A stretch of DNA of 64,000 nt, from contig OZ024741.1 of assembly GCA_964016885.1 (NCBI GenBank), forward strand, positions 229,028,001-229,092,000, in the 5' to 3' direction. Position numbers and translations under genes: made by a program. Below, piece by piece: positions 28,169 to 41,977 of this stretch (position 1 is its first letter; each line of letters opens with the position of its first letter). The DNA comes from Eledone cirrhosa. Its lineage: Eukaryota. The notes under the pieces are model-generated. The model worked only from the letters and a program-made list of their open reading frames with translations. It did not search any database and was not told the origin of the DNA.

Positions 28169-28170
<2 letters not shown>
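25615..28170 (-). mobile_element. 5'-truncated PLE (GIY-YIG, Naiad-like) with long 3'UTR, hammerhead and ~185-bp direct repeat
   Basis: ORF 27153-27761 reads IFNRHTIKLSYS, KCNCR..CLDSNLVYKCTV..YNYIGSTSSTFKARFANHK..IWSLK. 25946-26130 is repeated at 27985-28170. Confidence 0.85.
25750..25812 (-). ncRNA. Type-I hammerhead ribozyme motif
   Basis: TTTAT-CTGATGA-ggacgtact...agtacctct-GAAA-T-ATGT-ATA-ATAAA, with a 5-bp stem I and an AUA site. Confidence 0.7.
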
Positions 28171-28217
<47 letters not shown>

Positions 28218-28221
<4 letters not shown>

Positions 28222-28296
28222 TAGGTGTCCCAAAAATGTATACACACTTCAACAGCATTCTAATAAAAGTGTGTATACATTTTTTGGACACCCTGT
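28218..28296. mobile_element. Tiny Tc1/mariner-type MITE (second copy 31430-31508)
   Basis: Inverted termini ggtgtcccaaaaatgtatacacac and gtgtgtatacattttttggacacc, in TA context. Confidence 0.7.
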
Positions 28297-28473
28297 ATAT
28301 ATACACACACAAACGCACCTAAATTTATATATATATATATAAATATATATAGTGTATGTGATTGACTGAATTACTGTTTGTGATATCGAAATAAGTACTC
28401 GATGCAGAGGAAGAGTGTATATATTATGGAAAACGATGTTTCATTTACATGTAGTTAGTTTCTTTTTGTGTTT

Positions 28474-28544
28474 CCACCTGTTACGCGCGTTTCGCAGAGG
28501 ATTGACTTAAGCTCATCCATTATCAATCTGCTCTTCAGAGTGGT
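28474..28544 (-). ncRNA. Hammerhead motif, paralogue of 17316-17409
   Basis: CTGAAGAGCAGA...TCTGCGAAACGCGCGTA on the minus strand. Confidence 0.6.
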
Positions 28545-28684
28545 AAAAGAAATAGAATGTTTAACTTCTATGGATGACTTTGAGCTAATCCTCTGCGAAA
28601 CGCGCGTAACAGGTCAATACACAATAACAACTTAATTACATGTAAACGAAACGTTTTTCTTAATATATATATGTGTGTGTGTGT

Positions 28685-28846
<162 letters not shown>

Positions 28847-28924
28847 GGTAAACATAAAAAACACAATCGGTACAGTATATGGAAGGAATATAATAGGTTA
28901 ACGCTTGAAATAGCAGGAAGAGGG

Positions 28925-28960
28925 TCGTAACGTTTCCAACACTAGTCCTTCATCAGAAGA
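28925..28960 (-). ncRNA. Degenerate minimal hammerhead, paralogue of 17668-17703
   Basis: CTGATGAAGGACTAGTGTTGGAAACGTT on the minus strand; the stems are weakened. Confidence 0.4.
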
Positions 28961-28976
28961 AGAGAAAGAGGGGCGG

Positions 28977-29133
<157 letters not shown>

Positions 29134-29333
29134 ACCGGGTGCTGAAAAGGGCCTGGCTTTGTGTAAAAAAAATACAGGAGGATCAGTTAATTATGATTTT
29201 ATTCAACATATTCCCCTTACAGATTTACACACTTTTGCAGCAGTCCTACTACCACTGTAAAGGTAACAACCCTTTCGCCATGCCCTTAAATATATGTGTG
29301 CGTGTGTAAAGAGAGGGAGGGGGAGTTGGAGTT

Positions 29334-29389
<56 letters not shown>

Positions 29390-29600
29390 ATATATGTGTG
29401 TGTGTCAGTTTATATATATATATACATATATATAGAGAGAGAGAGAGAGATGAGATTCTACAGAACTAGAACTATTTCATTCTTTAGAAATCATCAGGAA
29501 TCGGAATAAGAATCTCATCTATATTAAAACTTTTATACTCTGCTATGTATTGAGTACCTTACTTACTTTGGTTACCTCCGATTCAACCCGGAATAACTTA

Positions 29601-29695
<95 letters not shown>

Positions 29696-29916
29696 GTGAG
29701 GTTTTTTTTACAAAATGAAAAATAACCGAGGTGTCCTACACGAGTGAAAGTATAAAGAAAAAGAGATGAAATCGAAAATGCAACTGGAGTCTTATTTTTT
29801 TTTAAATATATATATTTATTTGGTTCCTTTACCGGTTTCGCAGTTCTTCTGCTTTTCAAAAGGTGAGTTGAGATGGAGGGTCTGTGGTTTTTCTCACATC
29901 TATATATATATTTTCT

Positions 29917-29978
<62 letters not shown>

Positions 29979-30311
29979 GATATAGCCTCAGACATAGTTG
30001 TATACAGATATGTATTGGAATTCCGTATTTTAGAAGAAATACGGTATGTTTAAAATAAACATTTTGAGAGCCGTACTATGCGAAAACACCAGTGACTAAT
30101 GCCGTCTGGCGGTGTCCAGCAGAAGCATGGGAGACAGACGTGGATGCGCATTTCGAACTGCTTATGGTGGACACCGCCAGTTGGCGTTAGTCACTGATGT
30201 TTTGATATAGCTATGGCTCTCAAATTGATTACTTGTAACAGTGTATTTCTTCTGAAATACGAAATTCCAATACATATCTGCATTTAACTTTGCCTGAGGC
30301 TAAATTGTAAT

Positions 30312-30384
<73 letters not shown>

Positions 30385-30388
<4 letters not shown>

Positions 30389-30873
30389 TAAAAGAGAAAA
30401 CACAGGTAAGCATTAAGAGAAGGATTTTATCCAGGTATTTACGACCGTTTCATTGGTAAGTGCAACCTTATATTGCTATACTGCAAATAGCAGCCACTCA
30501 ATTATAATTGTTGTTCACAGACCAAATTTTCATAATAGTAAGTTACTCTTGAAATAATTCTTAATATATAGAGAAAAACATTTATTGGGAACTGTATTTA
30601 CTAGTATAGAGAGAGTGGAATCAGGAGGTGAGGGGACAGACGGCATAGTATAGAGAGAGAGGAAGGGGGAAGAGGTAGGAAGTAGAATGACAAACTGAGA
30701 TGGAGGGAGGGGTAGAGGTGGAAGGATTCTTTGGTCAGTTTTGATAGCAGACATCATGTCGTGGAGTGTTGTGAGTTAAAGAGAATTAAATAGATAATAG
30801 TGGGAGGGATGGATATAGAGGGAGAGAGAGAGAGGGGGGAGATATAAAGAGATAAATATATATATATACATAC

Positions 30874-30906
<33 letters not shown>

Positions 30907-31412
30907 CATATATATACATATACATATATATATATACATATATACATATATATATATACACATACACATACACATATACATATACATACATACATATATA
31001 TATATATATAAAAAATAAAAATAAAGATAATAATGACAAAAATAAAAGCAAAGAAGGGGGTGAGAAAGAAGAAAAGAAAAGATAGCCAAGAAGGGGCAAG
31101 GAAGGAAGAAAGAAAACGAAGAAATATAAGAGGAATGAGGGAGAAGAGGGGGATATATGTATTAGTTTTGTGGGTAATTAAAGGGTTTAGATATAAGAGG
31201 GTATAAAGTCTAAGTATATGCAGTTTGTCAGTTGGTAGTAAGAGGTTAAGGGTTCGATTTGTAGTGCGAAAACTTCTCTTTGAGTCTATGGTTACAATAA
31301 ATTGATCTTTCAATTTTATTGTTGAGTAACCTATTCTTCGAACTTAAGATGTGGAACAGCTCAAGGTCGCATAATCGACAGTTTCTCATACCACTCCGAT
31401 ATGGGGGCGCTA
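30385..31412 (-). mobile_element. PLE 3' remnant (end of GIY-YIG ORF plus 3'UTR)
   Basis: APPYRSGMRNCRLCDLELFHILSSKNRLLNNKIERSIYCNHRLK matches the C-termini of the other Naiad-like copies here. Confidence 0.75.
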
Positions 31413-31550
31413 TATTATATATATATATACACAAGGTGTCCCAAAAAATGTATACACACTTCAACAGCATTCTAATAAAAGTGTGTATACATCTTTTGGA
31501 CACCCTGTATATACACACACACAAACGCACATAAATTTATATATATATAT

Positions 31551-31659
<109 letters not shown>

Positions 31660-32212
31660 GAAGGTATGTATCCGTATATATATATTCATATATATATATA
31701 CATATATGTGTGTATGTTTGTTTGTTTGTGTGTGTGTGTGCATCCATTGAACTATGGAAACAATTTAAGCATGATGGTAGGGTTTACGTATATTGAATCG
31801 TATGTGTGTTTATGTGTGTCTTTGTATTTGTATATATTAAATTATCGCCCTTTGTATAGCTAAGTAATATTACAAGTGGATTCACATGAGAAGGTGTGTA
31901 TGGTGACAACAGTTCCACATGGCTTGTTCCACCCTTACCCTCACACACTGCAGGGCTGTTTGTATTTAAGGTTCAATAGACGTTTGTTTATATATTAAAG
32001 GGGACGGGCCCCTTCCCTCTAGCGTTAAATAGGAGGACCACGGTTTCGTTGTTTAGTTTTGTTAAGAGGTGTGGTCACGTGATCCGAAAATACTGTTAAT
32101 GACTCTCTCTCTCCCTATCTCTCTCACTCTCCCTCACTTCCCCTCTCTTTCTCAACACATATATAAACAGATGCACACACACATATGTACATGTAAATAT
32201 ATATTATATGTG

Positions 32213-32249
<37 letters not shown>

Positions 32250-32260
32250 ATATATATATA

Positions 32261-32303
<43 letters not shown>

Positions 32304-32323
32304 TTGTGTGTATTTCATGTAAA

Positions 32324-32370
<47 letters not shown>

Positions 32371-32539
32371 CATCTAGCTATCATACACAGGCGCATACAC
32401 ATACACATAACACCTGTGTGCCATGTTACATTCTTATACTGCACACCTTTTACTTTCTCTCTTCCCTCTTATATTCTCTATAGCAAGTGTGATAGATAAC
32501 TCCAAGCTTTTTAAGACTATGCTGTGGATGTGGACTTTG

Positions 32540-32885
32540 TCTATAAGCCATCTTGGTGAAAGCAGCGAACATGCTTGCATCTTCGAACTCCTTATCAATC
32601 ATATTCACTTTGCATGTTACTGGGGCTGGACCGAGAGGACAGCAAAGGGCCAGGCGGTATAATTATCTTCCCGTTCCACGGTGGCAAACCCCTCGTCTGG
32701 GATGTCACTTGCAGCGACATTTTCTCCAGCGGCAATCTGGTGCAGTCTGCGACTAACCCAGGATCTGCTGCACTTCGGGCTGAGGAGCGCAAACTCTCCA
32801 AGTATCGGTCGCTCTCCGATAGGTTTGCTGTCGTTCCCTCGCAGTGGAGATTTCTGGTGTCCTTGGCCCTACCTGGTGCGCAGCG
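32540..32885 (+). mobile_element. Fragment of a restriction-like-endonuclease non-LTR retrotransposon (CRE-like)
   Basis: PGGIIIFPFHGGKPLVWDVTCSD...AALRAEERKLSKYRSLSDRF resembles the PD..D..K RLE region. Confidence 0.65.
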
Positions 32886-33130
32886 TCAGTTGTCCGTAGG
32901 GAGGTAGTGGTTTGTACTTAGCGAAGGTTTTTAGGACCTTGTGTTTGCGATTCCTGTATGTATTATGAAGATGTTATAGTAGGGTTCCAAGTTTGTTATC
33001 ATGTTTATTGTTTGTTAGTGAAATATACAGCAACATATTATCACGGAGCCCCCCCCCCCCCCCCTTCCTATGTTGTCCTACGTGTAATCACTAAAAGAGT
33101 CAGATACATAGAAAAACTGACAGGAATAAT

Positions 33131-33317
33131 TTTTTCTACTTTTGGCACACGGTCAGCAATTACCTCAGTGCGTTACTGGTACTTTATTTTATCAACCCTA
33201 TAAGGATGAAAGGCAAAATTAACCTTGGCGGGATTTGAACTCAGACCATAAAGGGGAGTAGCTCTATGCTGCAAAGCATGGCGTCCGGCCTTCTGCCGAT
33301 ACTACCAATTCACCGTC
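33131..33317 (-). mobile_element. tRNA-derived SINE with ~16-bp TSD
   Basis: The family core is on the minus strand. Flanks are aactgacaggaataat (~33114) and aactgacaggcataat (33318). Confidence 0.85.
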
Positions 33318-33610
33318 AACTGACAGGCATAATGTCCTGTTAACATACATTAACAATGTGTAAAGCAAAAAATGTTCCTAAAATGTATACATGCAAATAG
33401 AATCTCGCTGCCTGAGATGTTGATTGTTCAAAATTCAGTATATGCTGACCGAATCTTGTCTAACACCTCTGAAATAATATCACACAATAAATTGAAGTAT
33501 GGTAATCTAGAATCGTGTCTTCATATTTACTAACATCTACGTGTGTTCTTCTAAATACACTGAATCACATATGTGCAAATTAGATTGAAATTGCGATCCT
33601 TCCATTGTTT

Positions 33611-33644
<34 letters not shown>

Positions 33645-33657
33645 CATACATATATAT

Positions 33658-33731
<74 letters not shown>

Positions 33732-34178
33732 ATATATTTCGTTTCTGAATTTGTTTAGCAAGATTCTTTATCTGAAAACGTGTGTTGAAACCGATATTGT
33801 TATACTTTGGGAGGGTCATGTTGCCAATAAGAAACACACGCACCAGTTGCTTTCACTTCAATTTATTATAATAAATTTATAAATTTAGGAATTTATAAAT
33901 TTCCGGTTGGTTGGTTGGTTCCACAACCAGATGGTTGTTTATATATTGTCAAAGTGAAATATATATTGTTTATATATTGTCAAAATGAAAACACACACGC
34001 ACATAGAACAAACAACCAACCAGTAACATGTAAATAAACAAATAAATAAACGAATATAAACACACACAGACACCCGGATGTGGCGCATGCGCAGACTGAG
34101 CACACAACACACACACAGAAACAAGATGGCGTAGGACAGAGCAAAGGAGAGGCACAAAAACAAAGAAAAGAATCCTCA

Positions 34179-34221
34179 GTCACTGAAGAGGTCACAGAAT
34201 GTTTGACGAAAGAACTTTGAC
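34179..34221 (+). ncRNA. Minimal type-I hammerhead ribozyme in the 5' pLTR
   Basis: GTCA-CTGAAGA-gGTCA...TGAC-GAAA-GAAC-TT-TGAC. Stem I is GTCA/TGAC and cleavage is predicted after CUU (34217). Confidence 0.75.
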
Positions 34222-34348
34222 AATATATAAACAACCATCTGGTTGTGGAACCAACCAACCAACCGGAAATTTATAAATTCCTAAATTTATATATTTATTA
34301 TAATAAATTGAAGTGAAAGCAACTGGTGCGTGTGTTTCTTATTGGCAA

Positions 34349-37300
34349 CATGACCCTCCCAAAGTATAACAATATCGGTTTCAACACACGTTTTCAGATA
34401 AAGAATCTTGCTAAACAAATTCAGAAACGAAATAACGTAAGCCTTAGCCAGGCTAACAAGATACTGAAAACCACCATGTTCTGTTGTCTACGAAAAACAA
34501 TAACATCCCGACAACTACACTTCATAAAAGAATGTGCCTCGTCCCGAGTTTACACCAACACCATCAACACCGATGTAAGAAGATTACAGCTCACCAAAAA
34601 GCAAGCAGATAGGCTAAAACGAACACTAATTCTAAACATAAAAAAGAAGATCTATAGAGAATTAAGTCATCAAGAAAAACATAAGCGTAACCTAATACAA
34701 GAAATAACTAAGATCACCACACCAAGAGAAAAACTAATATTTATAAACCTTATACGTCCTGAAGAAAAGTACATTGTTCAAGAATGTGATAAGCACTTTA
34801 ACAAGAAACTAAAGTGGCTTAAACAGATAAAACTAAATCAAGATACTTTAGAGAATATCAATAGATATCCCGAAAAAATTGACGGTATAAATATGGCCGA
34901 CATCTCATTAACAGATGAGTTCAACAACAACAACACAAATATATACAGCAACACTACGGTCGACTCTGATGAATTATCTGTATTACAACTGCCGCCTAAG
35001 TATGCCACATTCAATAAGGTAAATATGATTAGATGTTTGTCAGAAATAGAAAAATCATTTACAAAATTACGTTGGAGCCTCAAAAACAAAAACAAATGTA
35101 ACAACATACGCACACACATATACAACACACATCCCAACAACAACAGACACACAGACACCAACAACAATAACAACAACACACACATCAACAATAATAACAT
35201 ACTCAGAAACAACAACAACAGACACGCAGACACAAACAACAGTAACAACACACACAACAATAATAACATACACGGATACAACAACAACACACATCAACAA
35301 CAGCACACATCAACAACAACAGCAACAACAACAACAACACACACACATTCAATGCCTCTCACCACCACCACAATCTTAACAGACACAGAAAACAGGTAAT
35401 GGCAGTAGCACAGAAATAAGGGAAGGTGATAGGATTGAAAGGAGAAGGGAGACTATGGACAGAGAAAATAACCAAGACGAACACACAGACATACAAAATA
35501 GAGTAGATAATAATAATGAGCCAGTGGAAAGAGACAGGAGTAATAATGAGAGACATAGAAACAACCATGAGGCTGTTGGTGGAAATAGAAATAGAAACAA
35601 CACTACTAACAATAACAATAGCCCTAGTACACATAAAGCAGCAGCCTGGAACTCTACTTTTTATAATCCCTCCGATAATTCGTTCGACCTGCGATGAGTC
35701 CACGTCACGACTTTAGCTTTTAACAAACGCACGCAATTACCGTCGCAGGTCGATGAACAAACAGAAGCACAATTTAGTATAGCTAGATCTGAACTTAGAA
35801 ATATTATAGAACAGTATAGCAAGAAGCATAATAGAATGGAGGCCCAGCAACTGGGAGAAAAATCTGCAAATGGCTTGCGTAAGCTCATGCAGCGCTCGCG
35901 TAATGGAGAGATAGCATGCTTTCCAACAGACAAGTCTGGCAGAATGTCGGTTGACAGTCTGCCAAACTACATCCAGGCAGCGCAACCCCACATCACAAAC
36001 ACAAGAGAAGTAACACCCCAAGAGCATGAGGATAGAGAAACAGCCCTCAATGCCCATATGGTGATGTGGACAAATATAATGCAGCCAAACAAAATGACTG
36101 CCAACAACTTCCAAGCCTGGAACAATGACATGCCAGCGTTGTATGGGCTTCAAAAAGACCATAAAACGGGCAGTGACCCTGTCACGGGACCACCAACACG
36201 GCCAGTCTATGGAGCTAATATTGCTAGTAACTACAGACTGTCCTACTTCCTCTCCCTGATCATACGCCCAATCATTGAAATGTCCTCAGATGTATGTGAC
36301 AGCACGGAGGACCTCCACAGCAGAATCGGCGAGAGTAACCGATCTAGGGACCTAACAAACTGCATAATAGGTAGTATGGATTTTGTGTCCCTGTATCCAT
36401 CTATTGACGTGGATTTTGCTGTGGAGAAATGCGTAGAAATGATCAGTGAGAGCAATGTTGAGTTCCGTGGGATTGATACCAGTGAGCTGGGACTCCTACT
36501 TAAAATTACCTATAGTAATAATTATCTAGACACATATGACCTTAGCAACCTGTGCCCTACAAGACCAGCAAGAGGCAGACCACCTACCATTACCTCAATG
36601 GCCAAGAAAACCCACACAGATAGATGGAACGGGTGGACCAGAGCCATACGGACCCCCGAAAACCACGATGAACTAAAGAAAATGATTGCACATGCGGTGG
36701 GGGCCAGCATAAAATTAACCCTTAAGGAACATAGGTTCAAATTTAGTGGAAAAACATATGCCCAAGAGGAGGGAGCAGCCATTGGTGTTAGCATTGCAGG
36801 CGACATAGCTAACTTATTCATGGTATGGTGGGACAGTAGACTTAAACTTAAACTTAAAGAACTATTAGAAGACCCCTTAACCCTGATAATGTACTCCCGC
36901 TACGTTGATGATATAAACATCGTAGTTAAAACACCCCCACTAGAGAACAGTCAGGAATTAGAGAAAACACAATGGAAAGCATCCAGCAAATAGCTAACTC
37001 CATCCACCAGAGTATTAGAGTTACTATAGACTACCCAAGCAAACACCCCAACCATCGATTACCTGTACTAGACACAGAGCTCTGGTTAGATACCATTAAT
37101 AACAAAAAACAAATCCTCCATTCTCATTATGCCAAACCCATGACTTCCAAATATCTGATCCACCGAAACTCAGCTGTTTCGGACCATACCAAAATCAACA
37201 TACTGATTGCGGATTTGGTACGGGTGATGAGAAACGTGTCCCGCATGTGCAACCCCGAAGAACTAGAGAGACACATACAACACTTCATCCACCGTATGCA

Positions 37301-38028
37301 GTTCTCTGGTTACAATCTGAGAGATAAAATCTGAGTGTATAGAGGAGCCAGAACCAAATGGGAAAAAATGGTAAATAATGACACAAATGGGACCTGCCCC
37401 TTGTATAGGAGCAAATTTTGGAATAGAATAGAAAGAACTAGGAATAAGGTTAGTAGAATAAACTCATGGTATGATAGCAATAAATACCAGAGTGTAATGT
37501 TCATCGATACAACCCCTAGAGGTGAATTAGCTTACTTTTAGAAGGGCCCTAGATAAACATAAACTCAATATTAAGATAGTAGAAAGACCAGGTACCTCCA
37601 TAAAAACACTTATTAGCAAGACATACCCTTTTCAAAGACCCCTCTGTATAGATAAGAAATGTATAACCTGTAAATTAAGCCCCCATATTAACTGTAAAAC
37701 TAGAAATGTAGTGTATAGCATAAGATGTACTGAAGGACAATGTAGAGACACAAATATAGTGTACATAGGTGAGACAGCTCGTAGTGTAGGGGAACGGATA
37801 AATGAACACTGGCGAGACTTTCAAGATAGTAAAGAATCATCTGTACTCTACCAACATGCTAAAATAGAACATAAGGGTAAATTAGAGAACATAGAAATAA
37901 AAATAGAATCTACACACAGAAAAGACGCAATGTTTAGACAAATCACAGAGGCAATAAACATAAAAGAATTACAACCAAAATTAAATAGAAAACATGAGTG
38001 GAACAGCAACATCACAACTTACAATTAA
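34349..38028 (+). pseudogene. PLE polyprotein (RT plus Cys-linker plus GIY-YIG endonuclease), with a few stops and frameshifts
   Basis: PTDKSGR, SMDFVSLYPSI, GAAIGVSIAGDIANLFM, YSRYVDDI, LPVLDT, CIDKKCITC, VVYSIRC...YIGETARS..ERINEH, FRQITEAINI...PKLN. Confidence 0.9.
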
Positions 38029-38226
38029 GGACAAAATGAAAACACACATGCACATAGAACAAACAACCAACCAGTAACATGTAAATAAACAAATAAATAA
38101 ACGAATGTAAACACAGAGACACCCGGATGTGGCGCATGCGCAGACTGAGCACACAACACACACACAGAAACAAGATGGCGTAGGACAGAATAAAGGAGAG
38201 GCACAAAAACAAAGAAAAGAATCCCA

Positions 38227-38269
38227 GTCACTGAAGAGGTCACAGAATGTGTGACGAAAGAACTTTGAC
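38227..38269 (+). ncRNA. Minimal type-I hammerhead ribozyme in the 3' pLTR
   Basis: GTCA-CTGAAGA-gGTCACA gaatg TGTGAC-GAAA-GAACTT-TGAC. Confidence 0.78.
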
Positions 38270-38619
38270 AATATATAAACAACCATCTGGTTGTGGAACC
38301 AACCAACCAACCGGAAATTTATAAATTCCTAAATTTATAAATTTATTATAATAAATTGAAGTGAAAGCAACTGGTGCGTGTGTTTCTTATTGGCAACATG
38401 ACCCTCCCAAAGTATAACAATATATATATATATATATCTGTATGTGTTCTATAACTACAAAATTATTTTCCAGCAAAGTCTGGAACATATATCTTGTAGA
38501 GAATTAATATCAGCTAGAATTATATTTAATCCAAAGCTCTAATCTAACTAACACTTATCTTATCCCGTTGGCATAATTGTCCATCAAATTATGTCTATAC
38601 ATTTTCATTGAGCTAAACA

Positions 38620-38765
38620 CTCGTGGCTGAGTGGTTAAGGTCTTTGTTTCTCAACCACATAGTTGTGGGTTCGATTCCACTGACCCGACATATTCGGACT
38701 AATGTATTTTATCCTAGTTTCAGAACGACCTTAAACTTGTGAATGAAATTTCATAGAGGGAATCT
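38620..38765 (+). mobile_element. tRNA-derived SINE (second family)
   Basis: A-box tggctgagtgg and B-box ggttcgattcc. It does not complete a tRNA cloverleaf. Confidence 0.7.
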
Positions 38766-39329
38766 ATGACGAGCCATTCTGGGCGACTTTTCACGTTTTC
38801 ACATGGTAAACAGGGTCTGTAGATGATTTTAACATAGCCCTAAGGTAGTTTTAGCTGAATCCACGAGCATTTGAGTCAGGCTTCCATTCTGAGAATAACT
38901 TCCTCCCTTCCACTACAAGTCTTGCTCTTCTCAATAAATCATAACGAAACTAAATCACTACTAGATTTACTAATTGGATGTCTACTCATACATATGTGTC
39001 TGTATGTGTCATTTACTTTGAAACAACTATATTTCAAATATATAATAAATACATATATTAAGAAATGTATGATAAAATTATACCTGTATCTATAACGAGT
39101 GAGTAACCGAAACTGCACCAGTTTCTAAACAAATATACAGTTTTATTATGTAGGCATATAAACATACCAGAAAATAAGTATTTCCCTGTAAATTAAAAAA
39201 GGAATAAACGCCTTTAATCGATTTTCGGATTTAGCTGGGCCCTCATCATGCAAATGACCTAAAGGAAACACGTATTTGATGGACTTAAGTACCCATTCCC
39301 TCATACATAAATATACGCGCGCACACGCT

Positions 39330-39395
<66 letters not shown>

Positions 39396-39526
39396 GGAAA
39401 GTTATATTTAAATTGTTGGGTTAACAACGAGTAAATATTTATAACTGATATTAATATGATATCCCTGAAATATATATAACGAAATAAATATGGTTTTATA
39501 AATATAGTTTCCATTTATTTAATATC

Positions 39527-39564
<38 letters not shown>

Positions 39565-39677
39565 GTGTGTATACACGTTAAAAGAAGTTATATTTCCGTC
39601 TCTAAGAATATTCACGCTAGTTTATAGCATCTTAGCACATGAGCACACCACTCTTTATATATATATATTTATATATA

Positions 39678-39997
39678 TAGTGTACCCCCCGGAATTCGCG
39701 GTCCCGGTTATTCGCGGGATTATCCTTAGACCCTAACTAGTAATTGTTCGTGGAAACTATCGCATATTCGCGGAATCATAAATATCTTCCACGATGTTTT
39801 AATGGCTTTTTTCGTGGCAATATATATTTTTTCACGCTTTTTAACGCTAAATTATCAATAACAATATACCGTATTTGCCGGCCTATATTTTGACGTTTAT
39901 AGGCATTGTTATAGAACACGTCCAATATTCGTGCTTTTTCACTCTGCTCGGATGCTCTAGGAACGTAAACCCCACAAATAACGGGGAGAAACTGAAT
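39678..39997. mobile_element. Degenerate Tigger/pogo-like MITE
   Basis: Termini tagtgtaccccccggaattcgcgg and aataacggggagaaactg, in a TA tract. Confidence 0.4.
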
Positions 39998-40032
39998 ATA
40001 TACATATATATGTATATATAAAATAGACAAGC

Positions 40033-40088
<56 letters not shown>

Positions 40089-40120
40089 ATACTTTGGGAA
40101 ATTCAGAACAAATTCAGAAA

Positions 40121-40206
<86 letters not shown>

Positions 40207-40565
40207 TTATATACATATATGCATATATGCTTGTCTATTTTTTTTTATTAACGAATTGGTGGGTGCCAATTATTGCCATCATATAGCAAGTGTATGTGTG
40301 TGTGTATAAACTTACAAAATGGCTGACAAACACGTTTTCCGCCTGAAACATCATCACTTCTCTTTCTCATTCTGTTGTCCAATGAAGGACAAACGTCCGA
40401 AACAAAAAGACGTTTCTTATTATATCAAGCGTTAAACTAATATATTCATATCATCATTAGATTGTATTGTTCCCCGATTTTTCCCTTGTTGAATTTCCTT
40501 ATGCGTACGTATGTATGTATAATACGTATGCATGTTTGTATGTATGTTTGTATGTATGTATGTAA

Positions 40566-40596
<31 letters not shown>

Positions 40597-40634
40597 TGTA
40601 TGCATGTATGTACGTATGTACGTATGTATGTATA

Positions 40635-41600
40635 TGTCAGGTCACCAGTTGGTGCTACTGGTAACATATATCCCAGTACAACCTGTCCCATGGTCGGGTC
40701 GTTGGCGACTAAACTGGCAACCCCACCAAGGTTTCTTGGTGAGGAGGGTGACTTTGGACATCCTGCAGGACTAAAAACAAAACCTGTCAAAGGGCAAAGG
40801 AGCTCTTAAGAGTCAATGGCCATCCAAAATCACCGGGAGAGATGACCCCTTAGCCTTTGTCAAGGCAGAATTCTAGGAGAAGGAAAACTCTGATATAACA
40901 CCTGCAACCCTGATGGTATCCAATGATGTTGACTTGTTCTTCTTTTTGGTAAATATCATCTTGGTTAAGAGAGTGGGACTGGCTTTGTGCAGTGCCTTTG
41001 CTCACTATAAAAGCTTCACGGCACAGGCATTGCTTTATATCTGTAGATCTCTCTGCACTTGTCGTCACATGGTACCATGGGCCCAGCACTATGTGTCAGT
41101 AATTGTCACAAGTGTAGTGTTTGTACCAGAGTTTTCAAGTCGCTGGCTGGACTAAAAAGTCACACTCGTTCAGCGCATCGGTAGGGGTTCTCCTACATGG
41201 ATATAAAGTAGTGGCCGTACTCGAAAACGAGTTGGCAGCCACCATGTATGTATATATGTACTATTTGGATGGCCGTTGGATCTGCTGAGTTCCTCCGCCC
41301 TTTGCCGAGTCTTGTATTTCATCCCGGAGGGTGTCCAAATATCACCCTCCTCACCAAGCAAGCTTGGTGGGGTTGCCGTTTTAGTCGCCGACGACCCAAC
41401 CATGAGACAGGTTGTACTGGGTTACATATTGAGAGGGAAACTCTGAAAAAAATCCTGCGACTTCGGAAGCATCCGATGATGTTGACCAGTTTTCCTTTTC
41501 GGCTAGTGTTTTCGATGCCCAGAGAGTGGGGTTGGTCGATTGCAAGGCCTTTCCTCACTTAAAAGAACTTTCAAAGCACAGGCATTGCTTGTTCAGGATA
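40635..41600. mobile_element. Two diverged copies of a GC-richer repeat (possibly a LINE 5'UTR-type sequence), one with an internal inversion
   Basis: 40662-40830 is approximately the reverse complement of 41262-41422, and 40880-41035 is approximately a direct match to 41435-41590. Confidence 0.6.
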
Positions 41601-41754
41601 TGTTACAGGTTCCTGTGGCTGGCAGTAGTCTAAAAGTTCACCATTTTCTGTAATCTGACAAGCGATTGCAATACGCTTGGCAGAGTTTGCAGCCATCACA
41701 TATATATATATACGTACGTACGCATCTATGTCTGTATGTATATATGTATTTAGT

Positions 41755-41977
41755 GAAGGTGCGTGGTTTTATGGTTATGGAAAACTCAGCTGGCAAAAAT
41801 GAGTTGTACCTGTAATTCGGAGGGCCAGCCTTGTCACATTCTGTGTCAAGCTGAATGTGCCTGAGAATTACGTCATGGATACGCGTATTTGTGGAATGGA
41901 CGTTAATTTCACGAACTGGTTATTCCGTTGATCGTATAAACAGGAACACTCATCGTGGTAATCGACGGAGTGCCACT
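41755..41977 (+). mobile_element. Internally deleted SINE-like repeat
   Basis: gaaggtgcgtggttttatggtta head, then a gggccagccttgtcacattctgtgtc body, ending at a TG tract. Confidence 0.45.

Larger units (their letters stand above)
33736..38424 (+). mobile_element. Near full-length Penelope-like element (Neptune-like): inverted partial pLTR, 5' pLTR, RT/GIY-YIG ORF, 3' pLTR
   Basis: Direct pLTRs lie at 33981-34374 and 38032-38424. 33736-33955 is the reverse complement of 34214-34433. The element is flanked by TA/TG tracts. Confidence 0.93.

Noticed and set aside
35695-37334. Two in-frame TGA codons in the PLE ORF as selenocysteine (reported for some Naiad PLEs)
   Set aside because: The contexts (DLR*VH, DKI*VY) are not Cys motif positions and fit CGA>TGA decay. 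The element also has frameshifts, and no SECIS was identified.
38620-38685. tRNA gene
   Set aside because: A and B boxes are present but there is no acceptor stem, so it is better explained as a SINE head.
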